Positions 1 through 8,803 of a stretch of 64,000 bases of DNA are shown in pieces. This stretch comes from Pontimonas sp. Lineage in GTDB: Bacteria; Actinomycetota; Actinomycetes; Actinomycetales; Microbacteriaceae. Each line of letters starts with the position of its first letter. Positions within the stretch are counted from its first letter, which is position 1. The stretch is from assembly GCA_963692965.2 (NCBI GenBank), contig OY843589.2:278938-342937 (forward strand). The letters run 5' to 3'. Made by a program: the position numbers and the translations under genes. The notes beneath the pieces are model-generated. The model made no database searches. It worked only from the letters and a program-made list of their open reading frames with translations, and was not told the DNA's origin.

Positions 1-321
1 GCTCATCAGGCACTCATTCACGAGCCCACAGCACTGTTTGTCGTCAACGACATCGCAGCGATGGGAGCCATTGCGGCCCTCGAGGAGAGGGGCTTTGAGG
101 TCCCCCAGGATATTTCGGTCATTGGCTACGACGGCATCCGAATCGCGGGCCTGCGAAGCATCAACCTCACGACGGTCGCGCAGCCCCTGGCGGAGTTGGG
201 TCGGCGCGCGGCAATCCGACTTCTCGAACGACGGGAGCGCCCCGACCGTCCATCCCAACACGACCGGGTGTCGGCTGAGCTGGTCGTCCGAGGAACCACG
301 GGACCGCCACGCTCAGGTTGA
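1..321 (+). CDS. LacI-family transcriptional regulator, C-terminal effector-binding part (5' end lies outside the window)
   Basis: Frame 1 is open from base 1. The translation AHQALIHEPTALFVVNDIAAMGAIAALEERGFEVPQDISVIGYDG... is typical of the sugar-binding domain of LacI/GalR repressors. Stop at 319-321. Confidence 0.7.
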   Translation, partial: AHQALIHEPTALFVVNDIAAMGAIAALEERGFEVPQDISVIGYDGIRIAGLRSINLTTVAQPLAELGRRAAIRLLERRERPDRPSQHDRVSAELVVRGTTGPPRSG

Positions 322-368
322 CACGCGGGCCCGCACGCGCGAGCTAGTTCTCCTGATTCGACTGGCTA

Positions 369-1259
369 TCAGGCGGTGTAGGGCAGACGCGGGTCTTTTT
401 CCTCCGAGTTCCACGTGTTTCGAATCCAGGTGTGTTTCGGGTCATCCACGGCGTTCCATGCGCGCTCCGGGTCCGGGCCTGCCATGACATTCATGAAATA
501 CAGGTCGTAGCCAGGCATCGCCTCGGCTGGGCCGTGGTATCCGTAGGGCACGAGAACGATGTCCCCCGAGCGAATTTCAAAAAGCTCGTCCATTTCTCGA
601 TCGTCGCCGCTGTATGTCCGGAAATAGGCAATCGGGTCGGTCTCCCCGTTCGGCTCGTACGCGCGATCGGGGGCGAGTTCGAAGTAGTACACCTCTTCGA
701 GGTTCGATTCGACTCCGGGCACGTAGGTGTCGTGTTTGTGGGGGGGTACACCAGACCAGTTGCCGGAAGGAGCAATGACCTCAACGGCGACCATACGGTC
801 GGCGTCGAGGTGCTCGACGCCTCCAAAGTCGTGAATTTGGCGGGTGGACTTGCCGGCCCCGCGCAGGAGCAAAGGCACATCGGCGGCTTTTCGGAGGTGT
901 ACTGGTTGTGACACCGAGGCAACGGCCTCCACAACCATCACCCGACCATCAGTCGTGAACGAAATATCAGTGTGAATCGGGAGGTAGAGGTAATCGACTG
1001 CGCCGTGAAAGACAGACTGACGCCCCTGGATAGTGACCGACTCACTGGCCCCGTCGATCGAGTACGTCACCTCGGTGCTTCCGCCATCGAGCATGTAGAC
1101 CACTCGTTCCTTGCCATCGGCTGGAATGGTGAAGTCTGGTCCGTCTGCGGAATTGGCCAGCCGCATGCCCGTATAGGTCCATCCGGGGAGGGACTCATCC
1201 ACAACGGCCTCCCACGGCCCCTGCCGCAACGAACCCTTCGGGTAGTACCACTGACTCAT
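369..1259 (-). CDS. iolB: 5-deoxy-glucuronate isomerase (IolB, KduI/IolB cupin family)
   Basis: 296-aa ORF with a cupin-like core (GNWSGVPPHKHD...EEVYYFE) and a length typical of IolB. It lies in the iol cluster, divergent from iolG. Confidence 0.8.
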   Translation of the reverse strand: MSQWYYPKGSLRQGPWEAVVDESLPGWTYTGMRLANSADGPDFTIPADGKERVVYMLDGGSTEVTYSIDGASESVTIQGRQSVFHGAVDYLYLPIHTDISFTTDGRVMVVEAVASVSQPVHLRKAADVPLLLRGAGKSTRQIHDFGGVEHLDADRMVAVEVIAPSGNWSGVPPHKHDTYVPGVESNLEEVYYFELAPDRAYEPNGETDPIAYFRTYSGDDREMDELFEIRSGDIVLVPYGYHGPAEAMPGYDLYFMNVMAGPDPERAWNAVDDPKHTWIRNTWNSEEKDPRLPYTA

Positions 1260-1422
1260 GACGCTGCCTCCGATGTGTCGTTGAGATACAAAGCGGTGTC
1301 GTGCTCGCGCCTACTATAAACGAGCAGGGCCCAGCGGCTCTGGTTGCCCCGTTCAGTCTGCAGGGCCCCAGGTTGGTCGCGCCTGCCCGCGCGCGGGACG
1401 CGCCAGCCTCGTCTAAGCTAAT

Positions 1423-1436
1423 TTTGTTAGGACAAA
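1423..1436. promoter_or_regulatory. Palindromic operator candidate TTTGTTAGGACAAA (putative GntR/IolR-like site)
   Basis: Read directly from the sequence, 21 nt upstream of the iolG GTG. The same 14-mer occurs at 2467-2480, and related copies occur at 9859, 10049 and 16982-17026. Confidence 0.5.
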
Positions 1437-1456
1437 TTCGTGGGGGAGGGCTTGGT

Positions 1457-2458
1457 GTGAGCGTTATTCGGATGGGTCTGATCGGTACGGGTCGAATCGG
1501 GCAAGTTCATGCCGCAAGTATTTCGGAACTTCCGGAAACGACCTTGCAGCGTGTCGCTGACATCGATGCGGCGAGCGCCGCGTCAACCGCAGAGCGCTTC
1601 GGTTGTTATTCCTCGAGCCCTGACGAGATTTTTAGCGCCGGTGACGTCGACGCGGTGCTGATTGCCTCTCCTACGGTGACACATCTCGACCTCATGGTGA
1701 TGTCGGTTCACGCAGGAATTCCCGTGCTCTGCGAGAAACCCATCGATCTCGACATCACACGAGTTGACGCTGCTCGAGATACCGTGACTAGCGCAGAGGT
1801 TCCGGTTGCGGTCGGATTTAACCGGCGTTTTGATCCGCATGTTCAGGAGTTTCGCCGTCGGGTGTTGTCTGGGGAAATCGGAGATCTCGAGCAGCTGATT
1901 ATCACCAGTCGTGATCCAGCACCCGCCAGCACTGAGTATCTCGCCGTGTCGGGCGGGATATTCCGGGATATGACGATCCACGATTTTGATTTAGCGGGGT
2001 TTTTTGTGGGAGACGTCGTTTCAGTGTCCGCCCAGGGATATAACCAGTTCAGCGAAGAAATCAAGGGCCTCGGTGATTATGACGCCACCGCGGTCGCGCT
2101 GCGAAGCGCGAGCGACCAACTGGTACTGATAACCAACTCTCGTCATGCCGCGTATGGCTTTGACCAGCGTATGGAGGCTCTCGGCGACAAAGGAATGGTC
2201 CGAGTAGACAATGTCACTGACACCGAGGTGAGGGTCTTCACCGCCGATCGCGTTGAGGGGAGGGAGCCCTATCAAAACTTCTTCCTCGAGCGACACCGAG
2301 ATTCCTATCGCCTCGAGCTTGCGGAGTTTGTGAAGTTGATTCGTGGCGAAGAGGCACAATGCCCCACGTTTGACGATGGGCGGATGGCTTTGGTCATTGC
2401 CAACGCCGCGACCGAATCGGCCCACTCGGGAAAGACAGTTTCTATCTCGCTGGACTAG
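1457..2458 (+). CDS. iolG: myo-inositol 2-dehydrogenase (Gfo/Idh/MocA family, IdhA/IolG type)
   Basis: Rossmann N-terminus MGLIGTGRIGQVHA, plus the motifs LCEKPI, GFNRRFD, ITSRDP and IHDFD. Start moved to GTG 1457, which has a GGGGGAGGG SD 6 nt upstream. The track start at 1301 adds a non-homologous Ala/Pro-rich extension. Confidence 0.8.
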   Translation: MSVIRMGLIGTGRIGQVHAASISELPETTLQRVADIDAASAASTAERFGCYSSSPDEIFSAGDVDAVLIASPTVTHLDLMVMSVHAGIPVLCEKPIDLDITRVDAARDTVTSAEVPVAVGFNRRFDPHVQEFRRRVLSGEIGDLEQLIITSRDPAPASTEYLAVSGGIFRDMTIHDFDLAGFFVGDVVSVSAQGYNQFSEEIKGLGDYDATAVALRSASDQLVLITNSRHAAYGFDQRMEALGDKGMVRVDNVTDTEVRVFTADRVEGREPYQNFFLERHRDSYRLELAEFVKLIRGEEAQCPTFDDGRMALVIANAATESAHSGKTVSISLD

Positions 2459-2466
2459 GGCTATTA

Positions 2467-2480
2467 TTTGTTAGGACAAA
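2467..2480. promoter_or_regulatory. Palindromic operator candidate TTTGTTAGGACAAA
   Basis: Identical to the 1423-1436 copy. It lies 42-48 nt upstream of the iolC start. Confidence 0.5.
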
Positions 2481-2521
2481 GTCTGATAAGCGCCTGGTGA
2501 TGGTGCATCTGGCAGTGAGGG

Positions 2522-3481
2522 GTGTTCGTGTCTGCATCACGATTTGACGTCCTCACCATGGGACGAGTGGGCGTCGACATTTACCCACTCGAAACCGGGG
2601 TAGGGCTCGAAGACGTCCGCACCTTTGGAAAGTTTTTGGGAGGCTCTCCGACAAATGTGGCAGTCGCCATCGCGCGGTATGGACACGACGTAGGGGCCAT
2701 TACCCGTGTCGGCCCGGATCCTTTGGGCAGGTTCATCACCCAAGAGCTCGTACGACTGGGAGTAGACCCGCGCTTCGTGTCTGTCGTGGAGGGACTCAAA
2801 ACGCCTGTGGTGCTATGTGAGATTTTCCCTCCCGATCACTTCCCGCTGTATTTCTACCGAGACCCCATCGCACCCGATTTGATGATCCGTGACGATGAGC
2901 TGGACTTAGCCGCTATTTCCGATGCCCAAATTTTCTGGTTTACCGTAACCGGGCTGACCGAGCAGCCCAGTCGCGCCGCACATCATGCGGCTCTGTCGGC
3001 CCGTGGTCGGGCCGTTCACACCATTGTTGATCTGGATTACCGGGCGGAGCTGTGGCCAAGCGAGGCCGAGGCATCGGCCGAGGTCGAAAAAGTCTTGGCC
3101 CTTTCAACGGTCGCAATAGGGAATCAGGAAGAGTGCGCTGTGGCCGTCGGCGAGCGAGAGCCGGAACGAGCAGCTGATGCGCTGCTCGAGCGCGGAGTGG
3201 ATATTGCCGTAGTCAAACGGGGACCCAAGGGAGTCTTGGCTAAAACCCGGGACGAGCGGGTCGAAGTCGCTCCCTTTCCTGTTGATGTTGTGAACGGTCT
3301 GGGAGCCGGGGATGCCTTCGGTGGTGCGTTCTGTCACGGCTTACTCGGCGGTTGGTCGCTGGGGCGAACGCTCGAGTTTGCCAATGTTGCCGGGGCAATC
3401 GTTGCTGGCCGTCTCGAATGCTCGACAGCCATGCCGTTTGAAGACGAAGTGGTTGCCGCCATGGAGGCCCAAAGTGTCTAG
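2522..3481 (+). CDS. iolC: 5-dehydro-2-deoxygluconokinase (PfkB/ribokinase family)
   Basis: PfkB motifs (DVLTMGRVGVDIYP near the N-terminus, VNGLGAGDAFGGAF near the C-terminus) and iol context. The start is either GTG 2522 or, with better SD spacing (GAGGGG at 2517-2522), GTG 2528. Confidence 0.8.
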   Translation: MFVSASRFDVLTMGRVGVDIYPLETGVGLEDVRTFGKFLGGSPTNVAVAIARYGHDVGAITRVGPDPLGRFITQELVRLGVDPRFVSVVEGLKTPVVLCEIFPPDHFPLYFYRDPIAPDLMIRDDELDLAAISDAQIFWFTVTGLTEQPSRAAHHAALSARGRAVHTIVDLDYRAELWPSEAEASAEVEKVLALSTVAIGNQEECAVAVGEREPERAADALLERGVDIAVVKRGPKGVLAKTRDERVEVAPFPVDVVNGLGAGDAFGGAFCHGLLGGWSLGRTLEFANVAGAIVAGRLECSTAMPFEDEVVAAMEAQSV

Positions 3482-4352
3482 AGATCTTTCTTACCTGCGT
3501 TCCACTCGCGCTGAAAACCCCAGCGCGATCTCGGACGCTCTTGCCAGTCGCTCGCGACGGCCCCTGATTCACGGCGACGGCAAGCTGATGATTCTTGCCT
3601 GTGATCATCCGGCCCGAGGGTCGCTGTCTGTCGGGTCCGAGCCGATGGCGATGGCCGATCGCGAGGAACTACTCAACAGGCTTGCAGACGGTCTGACCAC
3701 GCCGGGGGTCGATGGCCTCTTGGCGACGCCTGACCTCATCGATGACCTGGTGCTGTGGGGAGTTCTTGAGGACAAAATTGTCATCGGCTCTCTCAATCGC
3801 GGGGGGATTCGAGGGGCGAGTTTTGAACTCGATGATCGCTTCGGCAGCTACACCGTGCCAAGCCTTGTCTCGCAACGGCTCGACGGAGCAAAAACTCTCA
3901 CTCGCATCGACCTCAACGACTCGGGCACGGCGAATACGTTGGAAAGTACCGCCAACGCAGTCAACCAGGCGGCTGAGGCGGGACTGCCCATCATGATTGA
4001 GCCCTTCATGAGCGCTCGACACGATGGCTCTGTTTTAAACGACCTCAGCCCGGATGCGGTCATCTCGTCGATGGCTATCGTGTCGGGGCTTGGCGAATCG
4101 AGTGCGTACACGTGGCTCAAAATTCCCTACGTCCAAGAAATGGACCGGGTCATGCGAGCGACAACTCTTCCGACATTGATTTTGGGGGGAGACCCTGGGG
4201 CCGGGACGTCTGACCGTTATGTCGATTGGCGGCACGCCATGTCATTAGATGGTGTCCGAGGCCTGGTCGTTGGGCGGAGCCTGTTATATCCGCCGGACGG
4301 TGCAGCCCAGGACGCTGTCGCACGCGCCGTCGATGTCGTCCACGGAACGTAG
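3474..4352 (+). CDS. DeoC/LacD-type class I aldolase-like TIM-barrel protein; probable 5-dehydro-2-deoxyphosphogluconate aldolase (functional IolJ analogue)
   Basis: GTG 3474 overlaps the iolC stop by 8 nt and has GGAGG upstream. The protein ...KLMILACDHPARGSL... resembles the (beta/alpha)8 protein that accompanies actinobacterial iol clusters; I recall this family from memory. It sits between iolC and iolA. The track start at 3312 lies inside iolC. Confidence 0.6.
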   Translation: MSRDLSYLRSTRAENPSAISDALASRSRRPLIHGDGKLMILACDHPARGSLSVGSEPMAMADREELLNRLADGLTTPGVDGLLATPDLIDDLVLWGVLEDKIVIGSLNRGGIRGASFELDDRFGSYTVPSLVSQRLDGAKTLTRIDLNDSGTANTLESTANAVNQAAEAGLPIMIEPFMSARHDGSVLNDLSPDAVISSMAIVSGLGESSAYTWLKIPYVQEMDRVMRATTLPTLILGGDPGAGTSDRYVDWRHAMSLDGVRGLVVGRSLLYPPDGAAQDAVARAVDVVHGT

Positions 4353-4381
4353 TCCTGCATGCACAACCGAGGAGAAGAAAA

Positions 4382-5875
4382 ATGACCGAAAGAATTGTGG
4401 AACACGTTGTTGGTGGTCAGCCGTATCGAGGTGAGTCCACACGGACTGCGCCCGTGTTTGATCCCGCGCTAGGAAAAGAAACGAAACAGGTTCGACTCGC
4501 GAGTACCGCGGACATGGACACCGCGGTGCAGACCGCGGCAGCAGCCTTTCCCGCGTGGGCAGGGCTTTCTCTGGCAAAGCGCACCGGCATTGTTTTTCGC
4601 TTCCGTGAGCTCTTGGAGGCCCGTAAGGGTGAGCTCGCCGAAATCATCACCTCCGAACACGGAAAAGTTCTCTCTGATGCTCTCGGGGAAATTACTCGCG
4701 GTCAAGAAGTTGTCGAATTTGCGTGTGGGCTGCCGCATTTATTGAAGGGCGAGTTTTCCCTCAACGCCTCCACCGGAGTCGACGTGTATTCGGTGATGCA
4801 ACCGCTGGGCGTCGTCGGAATTATTAGTCCGTTCAACTTTCCCGCCATGGTGCCGATGTGGTTTTTTCCGGTTGCGATTGCGGCGGGAAATACGGTCATT
4901 TTGAAACCCAGTGAAAAGGACCCCTCCGCCGCCAACTGGATGGCGCAATTGTGGAGCGAGGCGGGTCTGCCAGATGGGGTGTTTAACGTCGTGCACGGCG
5001 ATAAAGAGGCGGTAGACGCCCTCCTGCACAACCCCGTGGTTCAATCAGTCTCCTTCGTGGGCTCGACCCCGATTGCTCGCTATGTCTATGAGACAGGTGC
5101 CCACGCGGGTAAACGCGTTCAGGCTCTCGGAGGAGCCAAAAACCACATGCTCGTCTTGCCAGATGCTGATCTCGACCTCGTGGCCGACTCCGCAGTGAAC
5201 GCAGGCTTCGGATCAGCAGGGGAGCGATGCATGGCTATTTCTGTGGTCGTCGCTGTTGACCCTGTGGGAGACGAGCTCGTCCAAGCGATCTCCAGCAAGA
5301 TGGCCGCCATCAAGGTGGGAGACGGCCGACGCGCGTGCGACATGGGTCCGTTGGTTACCGAAGCACACCGAAACAAGGTGGCCTCCTATATCGATGTGGC
5401 GAGCGATGATGGCGCCTCGGTCGTCGTCGACGGGCGCAGTGTGAACCCCGACGGCGACGCCGACGGCTTCTGGCTGGGTCCAACCCTGGTCGACCACGTG
5501 CCGACTACTTCCACGGTCTACACCGAGGAAATCTTTGGTCCGGTGCTTTCTGTCGTTCGAGTATCGAGTTACGACGAGGGAGTGCAGCTCATCAACAGTG
5601 GAGCCTTCGGTAACGGCACGGCGATTTTCACCAATGACGGCGGTGCCGCACGAAAATTTGTGTCGGATATCGAAGTCGGGATGGTGGGGGTCAACGTGCC
5701 CATTCCTGTGCCTGTGGCCTACTACTCATTTGGCGGGTGGAAACACTCGTTGTTCGGAGACTCTCGCGCACACGGTGAAGAGGGCTTCCGGTTCTTTACC
5801 CGACAAAAAGTGATTACCTCCCGGTGGTTAGACCCGAGCCACGGAGGGCTTAACCTCGGCTTCCCTCAGAACTAG
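4382..5875 (+). CDS. iolA: CoA-acylating methylmalonate/malonate-semialdehyde dehydrogenase
   Basis: 497 aa from ATG 4382 (GAGGAGAAG SD). It belongs to the ALDH superfamily: the catalytic Cys context is GSAGERCMA, and the C-terminus FRFFTRQKVITSRW is typical of MmsA/IolA. The track start at 4226 is a spurious extension. Confidence 0.85.
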   Translation: MTERIVEHVVGGQPYRGESTRTAPVFDPALGKETKQVRLASTADMDTAVQTAAAAFPAWAGLSLAKRTGIVFRFRELLEARKGELAEIITSEHGKVLSDALGEITRGQEVVEFACGLPHLLKGEFSLNASTGVDVYSVMQPLGVVGIISPFNFPAMVPMWFFPVAIAAGNTVILKPSEKDPSAANWMAQLWSEAGLPDGVFNVVHGDKEAVDALLHNPVVQSVSFVGSTPIARYVYETGAHAGKRVQALGGAKNHMLVLPDADLDLVADSAVNAGFGSAGERCMAISVVVAVDPVGDELVQAISSKMAAIKVGDGRRACDMGPLVTEAHRNKVASYIDVASDDGASVVVDGRSVNPDGDADGFWLGPTLVDHVPTTSTVYTEEIFGPVLSVVRVSSYDEGVQLINSGAFGNGTAIFTNDGGAARKFVSDIEVGMVGVNVPIPVPVAYYSFGGWKHSLFGDSRAHGEEGFRFFTRQKVITSRWLDPSHGGLNLGFPQN

Positions 5876-5886
5876 AGCGGTCCGCA

Positions 5887-6840
5887 ATGAAGGTTGCCAT
5901 CACGGGAGCGACGGGCTTTGTGGGCGGCAACATCGCCGAGGTGATGCACACCGCGGGCGTTGAGGTTGTGGCGCTCACCCGTTCAGTGCCCCAAGTCTCG
6001 ATGCCATGGGAACACATGGTTGTCGACACTTCGTATGAAGACCGTGTGGCGGCGGCTCTCGAGGGGGCGGATGCGATCGTCCACACGGCCATTGCCAATG
6101 ATTTTCAGCGGCTCGACGCCGAGCAGGCGTATCAGTCGTATCCAGGTCTCACTCAGGCCTTCGCGCGCGCGGCGGTTCGTGTTGGGGCCACACCGGTGTA
6201 TATCTCGACCGATTGGGTCATGGACGGCGCCGGTCATCGGGTGGATGAATCTCACTATGGTCGGCCGGTAAACACCTATGGCTACCTGAAGGCCTTGGGC
6301 GAGCAAGTCATCAGGGATGTGGCGCCCAACACGGGGGTTATCTGTCGGATTGGCGGAGTAATGGGCTCTCATCGGCTCCAGTCCTCGATGCCGCGGAGCC
6401 AGGATGTGGGCTTTGGCTACTTCGTCTCAGCCCTCATTAATACCCTCCAGGCCGGACATTCCTTCTCGGTGTTCAGCGGTGAGGGGGTCAACACCGTAGC
6501 GACACCGTCGCTTGCCTCTGAAATCGGCTCAACAATTACACGGATTATCAGCCGCAGGGCACACGGGCACTTTCATATCGTTTCCGATGATGCGGTTCGG
6601 CGAATCGAACTTGCGCGGCTGGCCTGCGACGTGTTTGAGCTCGATCCGGACCTTCTGCACGAGGCCCCACCGCCTGCGGCTGAGCGGTTTACCGAGCCGG
6701 TTCCTGTCGACACATCATTGAGTAACGACCGACTCCACACCGACCTCGACATCGGTCGTGTCCGCGTCCGGGATCTTCTCGAAGCGCTCCGAGCGGAATC
6801 TGATGGGGCGCTCCACCCCGTGTCCCTCCCTGAGACATGA
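5887..6840 (+). CDS. NAD(P)-dependent SDR, RmlD/epimerase-like sugar-nucleotide-binding fold
   Basis: GxxGxxG motif at the N-terminus (ITGATGFVGGNI) and a YxxxK motif (YGYLK). Last gene of the iolC-aldolase-iolA transcription unit, 11-nt gap after iolA. Confidence 0.65.
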   Translation: MKVAITGATGFVGGNIAEVMHTAGVEVVALTRSVPQVSMPWEHMVVDTSYEDRVAAALEGADAIVHTAIANDFQRLDAEQAYQSYPGLTQAFARAAVRVGATPVYISTDWVMDGAGHRVDESHYGRPVNTYGYLKALGEQVIRDVAPNTGVICRIGGVMGSHRLQSSMPRSQDVGFGYFVSALINTLQAGHSFSVFSGEGVNTVATPSLASEIGSTITRIISRRAHGHFHIVSDDAVRRIELARLACDVFELDPDLLHEAPPPAAERFTEPVPVDTSLSNDRLHTDLDIGRVRVRDLLEALRAESDGALHPVSLPET

Positions 6841-6872
6841 CACGGGGCTGGGATGGTCACCCAGCCCCGTGT
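6840..6872. terminator. Bidirectional terminator hairpin between convergent genes
   Basis: Perfect 13-bp stem ACACGGGGCTGGG / CCCAGCCCCGTGT with a 7-nt loop. It starts at the last base of the SDR stop codon and ends 10 nt before the ABC ATPase stop codon. There is no long U tract, which is common in high-GC actinobacteria. Confidence 0.6.
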
Positions 6873-6882
6873 TCCCGAGGAA

Positions 6883-7668
6883 TTAGTCGCCTCGGACTGT
6901 TTGGATTTCCTTGGTGAGCTCGTCGAGTTCGGCTCCGCCCGCCATTGCTTTCGTGAGCTCGTCTAACTCGACTTCAGCGCGTTCGAATGCATTGGTGAGG
7001 CGGCCGCGGTTCAACAGATAGAAGCGATCTCCGACGAGATATGCGTGGTGCGGGTTGTGGGTGATGAACACCACAGACACACCCCGGTCTTTTGCGGCGA
7101 GCACATATTTCAGCACAAGTCCGGATTGACGGACACCAAGAGCTGAGGTCGGCTCATCCAGAATCAGCACCCTGGCACCGAAGTACACGGCTCGCGCGAT
7201 GGCGACCGCCTGGCGCTCTCCACCGGAAAGGGTGCCGATTTGCTGGTTGGTATCGCGCAGGTCGATTCCCATGTCGAGCAGGTGCTCTTTGGCAAGAGTC
7301 TGCATCTTTTTCACGTCCATCCGACGCCACGGGCCCCATCCTTTAGTAATTTCATTACCGAGGAAGAAGTTCCGCCAGACCGACATCAATGGAATCGTCG
7401 CAAGGTCCTGGTACACCGTCGCGATACCCTCCGCTAACGCGTCGCGAGGTGAGTTGAACGTGACCGGTTCGCCTTCTGCCTCATAGATTCCGCTCGAGGG
7501 CTTGTGCACTCCCGAGAGGGTCTTAATCAGCGTGGACTTTCCCGCCCCGTTGTCACCCAGGATGCAGGTGACCGAGCCTTTTTTCACTTCAACGGACACA
7601 TCAGCAAGAGCAATGACGCTGCCGAAGTTTTTTCCGACATTCTTGAGTTCGAGAGCAATGTCGGTCAT
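6883..7668 (-). CDS. Sugar ABC transporter ATP-binding protein (single NBD)
   Basis: Walker [10 protein letters not shown], signature LSGGERQ, Walker B LILDEPTS. At 261 aa it has one NBD only, like FrcA. Confidence 0.9.
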   Translation of the reverse strand: MTDIALELKNVGKNFGSVIALADVSVEVKKGSVTCILGDNGAGKSTLIKTLSGVHKPSSGIYEAEGEPVTFNSPRDALAEGIATVYQDLATIPLMSVWRNFFLGNEITKGWGPWRRMDVKKMQTLAKEHLLDMGIDLRDTNQQIGTLSGGERQAVAIARAVYFGARVLILDEPTSALGVRQSGLVLKYVLAAKDRGVSVVFITHNPHHAYLVGDRFYLLNRGRLTNAFERAEVELDELTKAMAGGAELDELTKEIQTVRGD

Positions 7669-8702
7669 CGCTTTGCTCCTTTCGCCCGGTTCTGAATAAA
7701 TGTGTTGACCAGAACAGCGGCAAGGAGAATCACGCCGATGAAGGTCCAGCGCCAGTCAGAGTCCCAGAGCGCGTAGGGGATACCGATATCAGCCATGCCC
7801 ATGATCCCCGCTCCGATTGACGCACCGATTGCTGAGCCTGCGCCACCCATCAGGAGGGTGCCGCCCACCGCAGCGGCGATGATGTAGAAAAACTCCATTC
7901 CGACGCCCTGACCGGCTTGCATTCCCTGTAGGCGGACGACAAACATGATGCCGACAAAGGCCGCTGCCATCGAGGACATCATGAACAGCGTGATTTTTGT
8001 TCTCTCCACTGGAACTCCTGCGTTGCGCGCGGCGTTCTTATCGCCTCCCGCGGCGAAAATCCAGTTTCCGAACTGAGTCCTAGTGAGAAGCCAGGTGGCT
8101 GCGACAGTGACCACGATCCACCAGATGATTGACACTTGGAACGACGCATCGCCGATCTCAATTTTCGAGGCCACGAGGGGCTGAAGAGTGTCGAAGCCGG
8201 CCGCATCATCCAGATTGGTCACTCGCACCGTGCCGGTGACCTCTTTGGTAACCGCCAAGTTGGTCCCGCGGAGCACGAAAAACGTCGCGAGCGTCACGAT
8301 AAACGACGGCAACCCCGTTCTAATCACGATGAGTCCGTTGATAAATCCGACGCCCGCGGCAAAGACGAGGACCACGAGGGATGCCAGCCAGATGTTGAGG
8401 CCAAACTCAGTGGCCAGCACGCCTGTCATCAAGCCGGCAGAACCCACCATCACACCGGTCGAGAGATCGAATTCACCTCCGATCATGAGGAGAGAAACGG
8501 CCACCGCAATAATGCCAATCGGAGCAGCGATATCTGTCCACCCGGCAGTTCCTCCGAGTCGGGCAAAGTTTCCTGTTGTGTCAACACCCCAAAACAGGAT
8601 GAAAATGACTGCCGCGCCGATGAGCGCGCCCAATTCGGGACGTTGCAGCATCTTGGTGGCGAGTGAAGTTCGTGCGACACGTTCGTCGACAGTGCTTGTC
8701 AC
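7665..8702 (-). CDS. Sugar ABC transporter permease (RbsC/AraH-type)
   Basis: Highly hydrophobic multi-TM ORF that overlaps the ATPase start by 4 nt. Start set to GTG 8702 (VTSTVDERV...), which has AAGGAG 9 nt upstream. The track start at 8738 is also possible. Confidence 0.8.
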   Translation of the reverse strand: MTSTVDERVARTSLATKMLQRPELGALIGAAVIFILFWGVDTTGNFARLGGTAGWTDIAAPIGIIAVAVSLLMIGGEFDLSTGVMVGSAGLMTGVLATEFGLNIWLASLVVLVFAAGVGFINGLIVIRTGLPSFIVTLATFFVLRGTNLAVTKEVTGTVRVTNLDDAAGFDTLQPLVASKIEIGDASFQVSIIWWIVVTVAATWLLTRTQFGNWIFAAGGDKNAARNAGVPVERTKITLFMMSSMAAAFVGIMFVVRLQGMQAGQGVGMEFFYIIAAAVGGTLLMGGAGSAIGASIGAGIMGMADIGIPYALWDSDWRWTFIGVILLAAVLVNTFIQNRAKGAKR

Positions 8703-8741
8703 CTGATGTCTCTCCTTTGAGTACGAAAGCCTTCCCACAGA

Positions 8742-8779
8742 GAGGGGGTTGTCTAAGGCAACGCTTAGCCAACCCCCTC
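8742..8779 (-). other. Intercistronic stem-loop between the SBP and permease genes
   Basis: GAGGGGGTTG.CTAAG / CTTAG.CAACCCCCTC gives 15 bp with one mismatch and a 6-nt loop. It lies in the 65-nt gap of the SBP-permease-ATPase operon. Confidence 0.55.
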
Positions 8780-8803
8780 CTGTGGTGTTACTGAATTACT
8801 GAC

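Noticed and set aside
1301-1456. N-terminal extensions offered by the ORF track: iolG from 1301, the aldolase from 3312, iolA from 4226, the HpcH aldolase from 13406, iolE from 15187, GntR to 17106, lexA to 18114, argB from 32603, argG from 34512, recN from 50076, scpA from 55771, scpB from 56685, rluB from 57280, tyrA from 57993 and cmk from 59141.
   Set aside because: The extensions overlap upstream genes or operator regions and are compositionally Arg/Pro/Ala-rich. They precede internal starts that have an SD sequence or a 4-nt stop/start overlap and that match the family N-termini.
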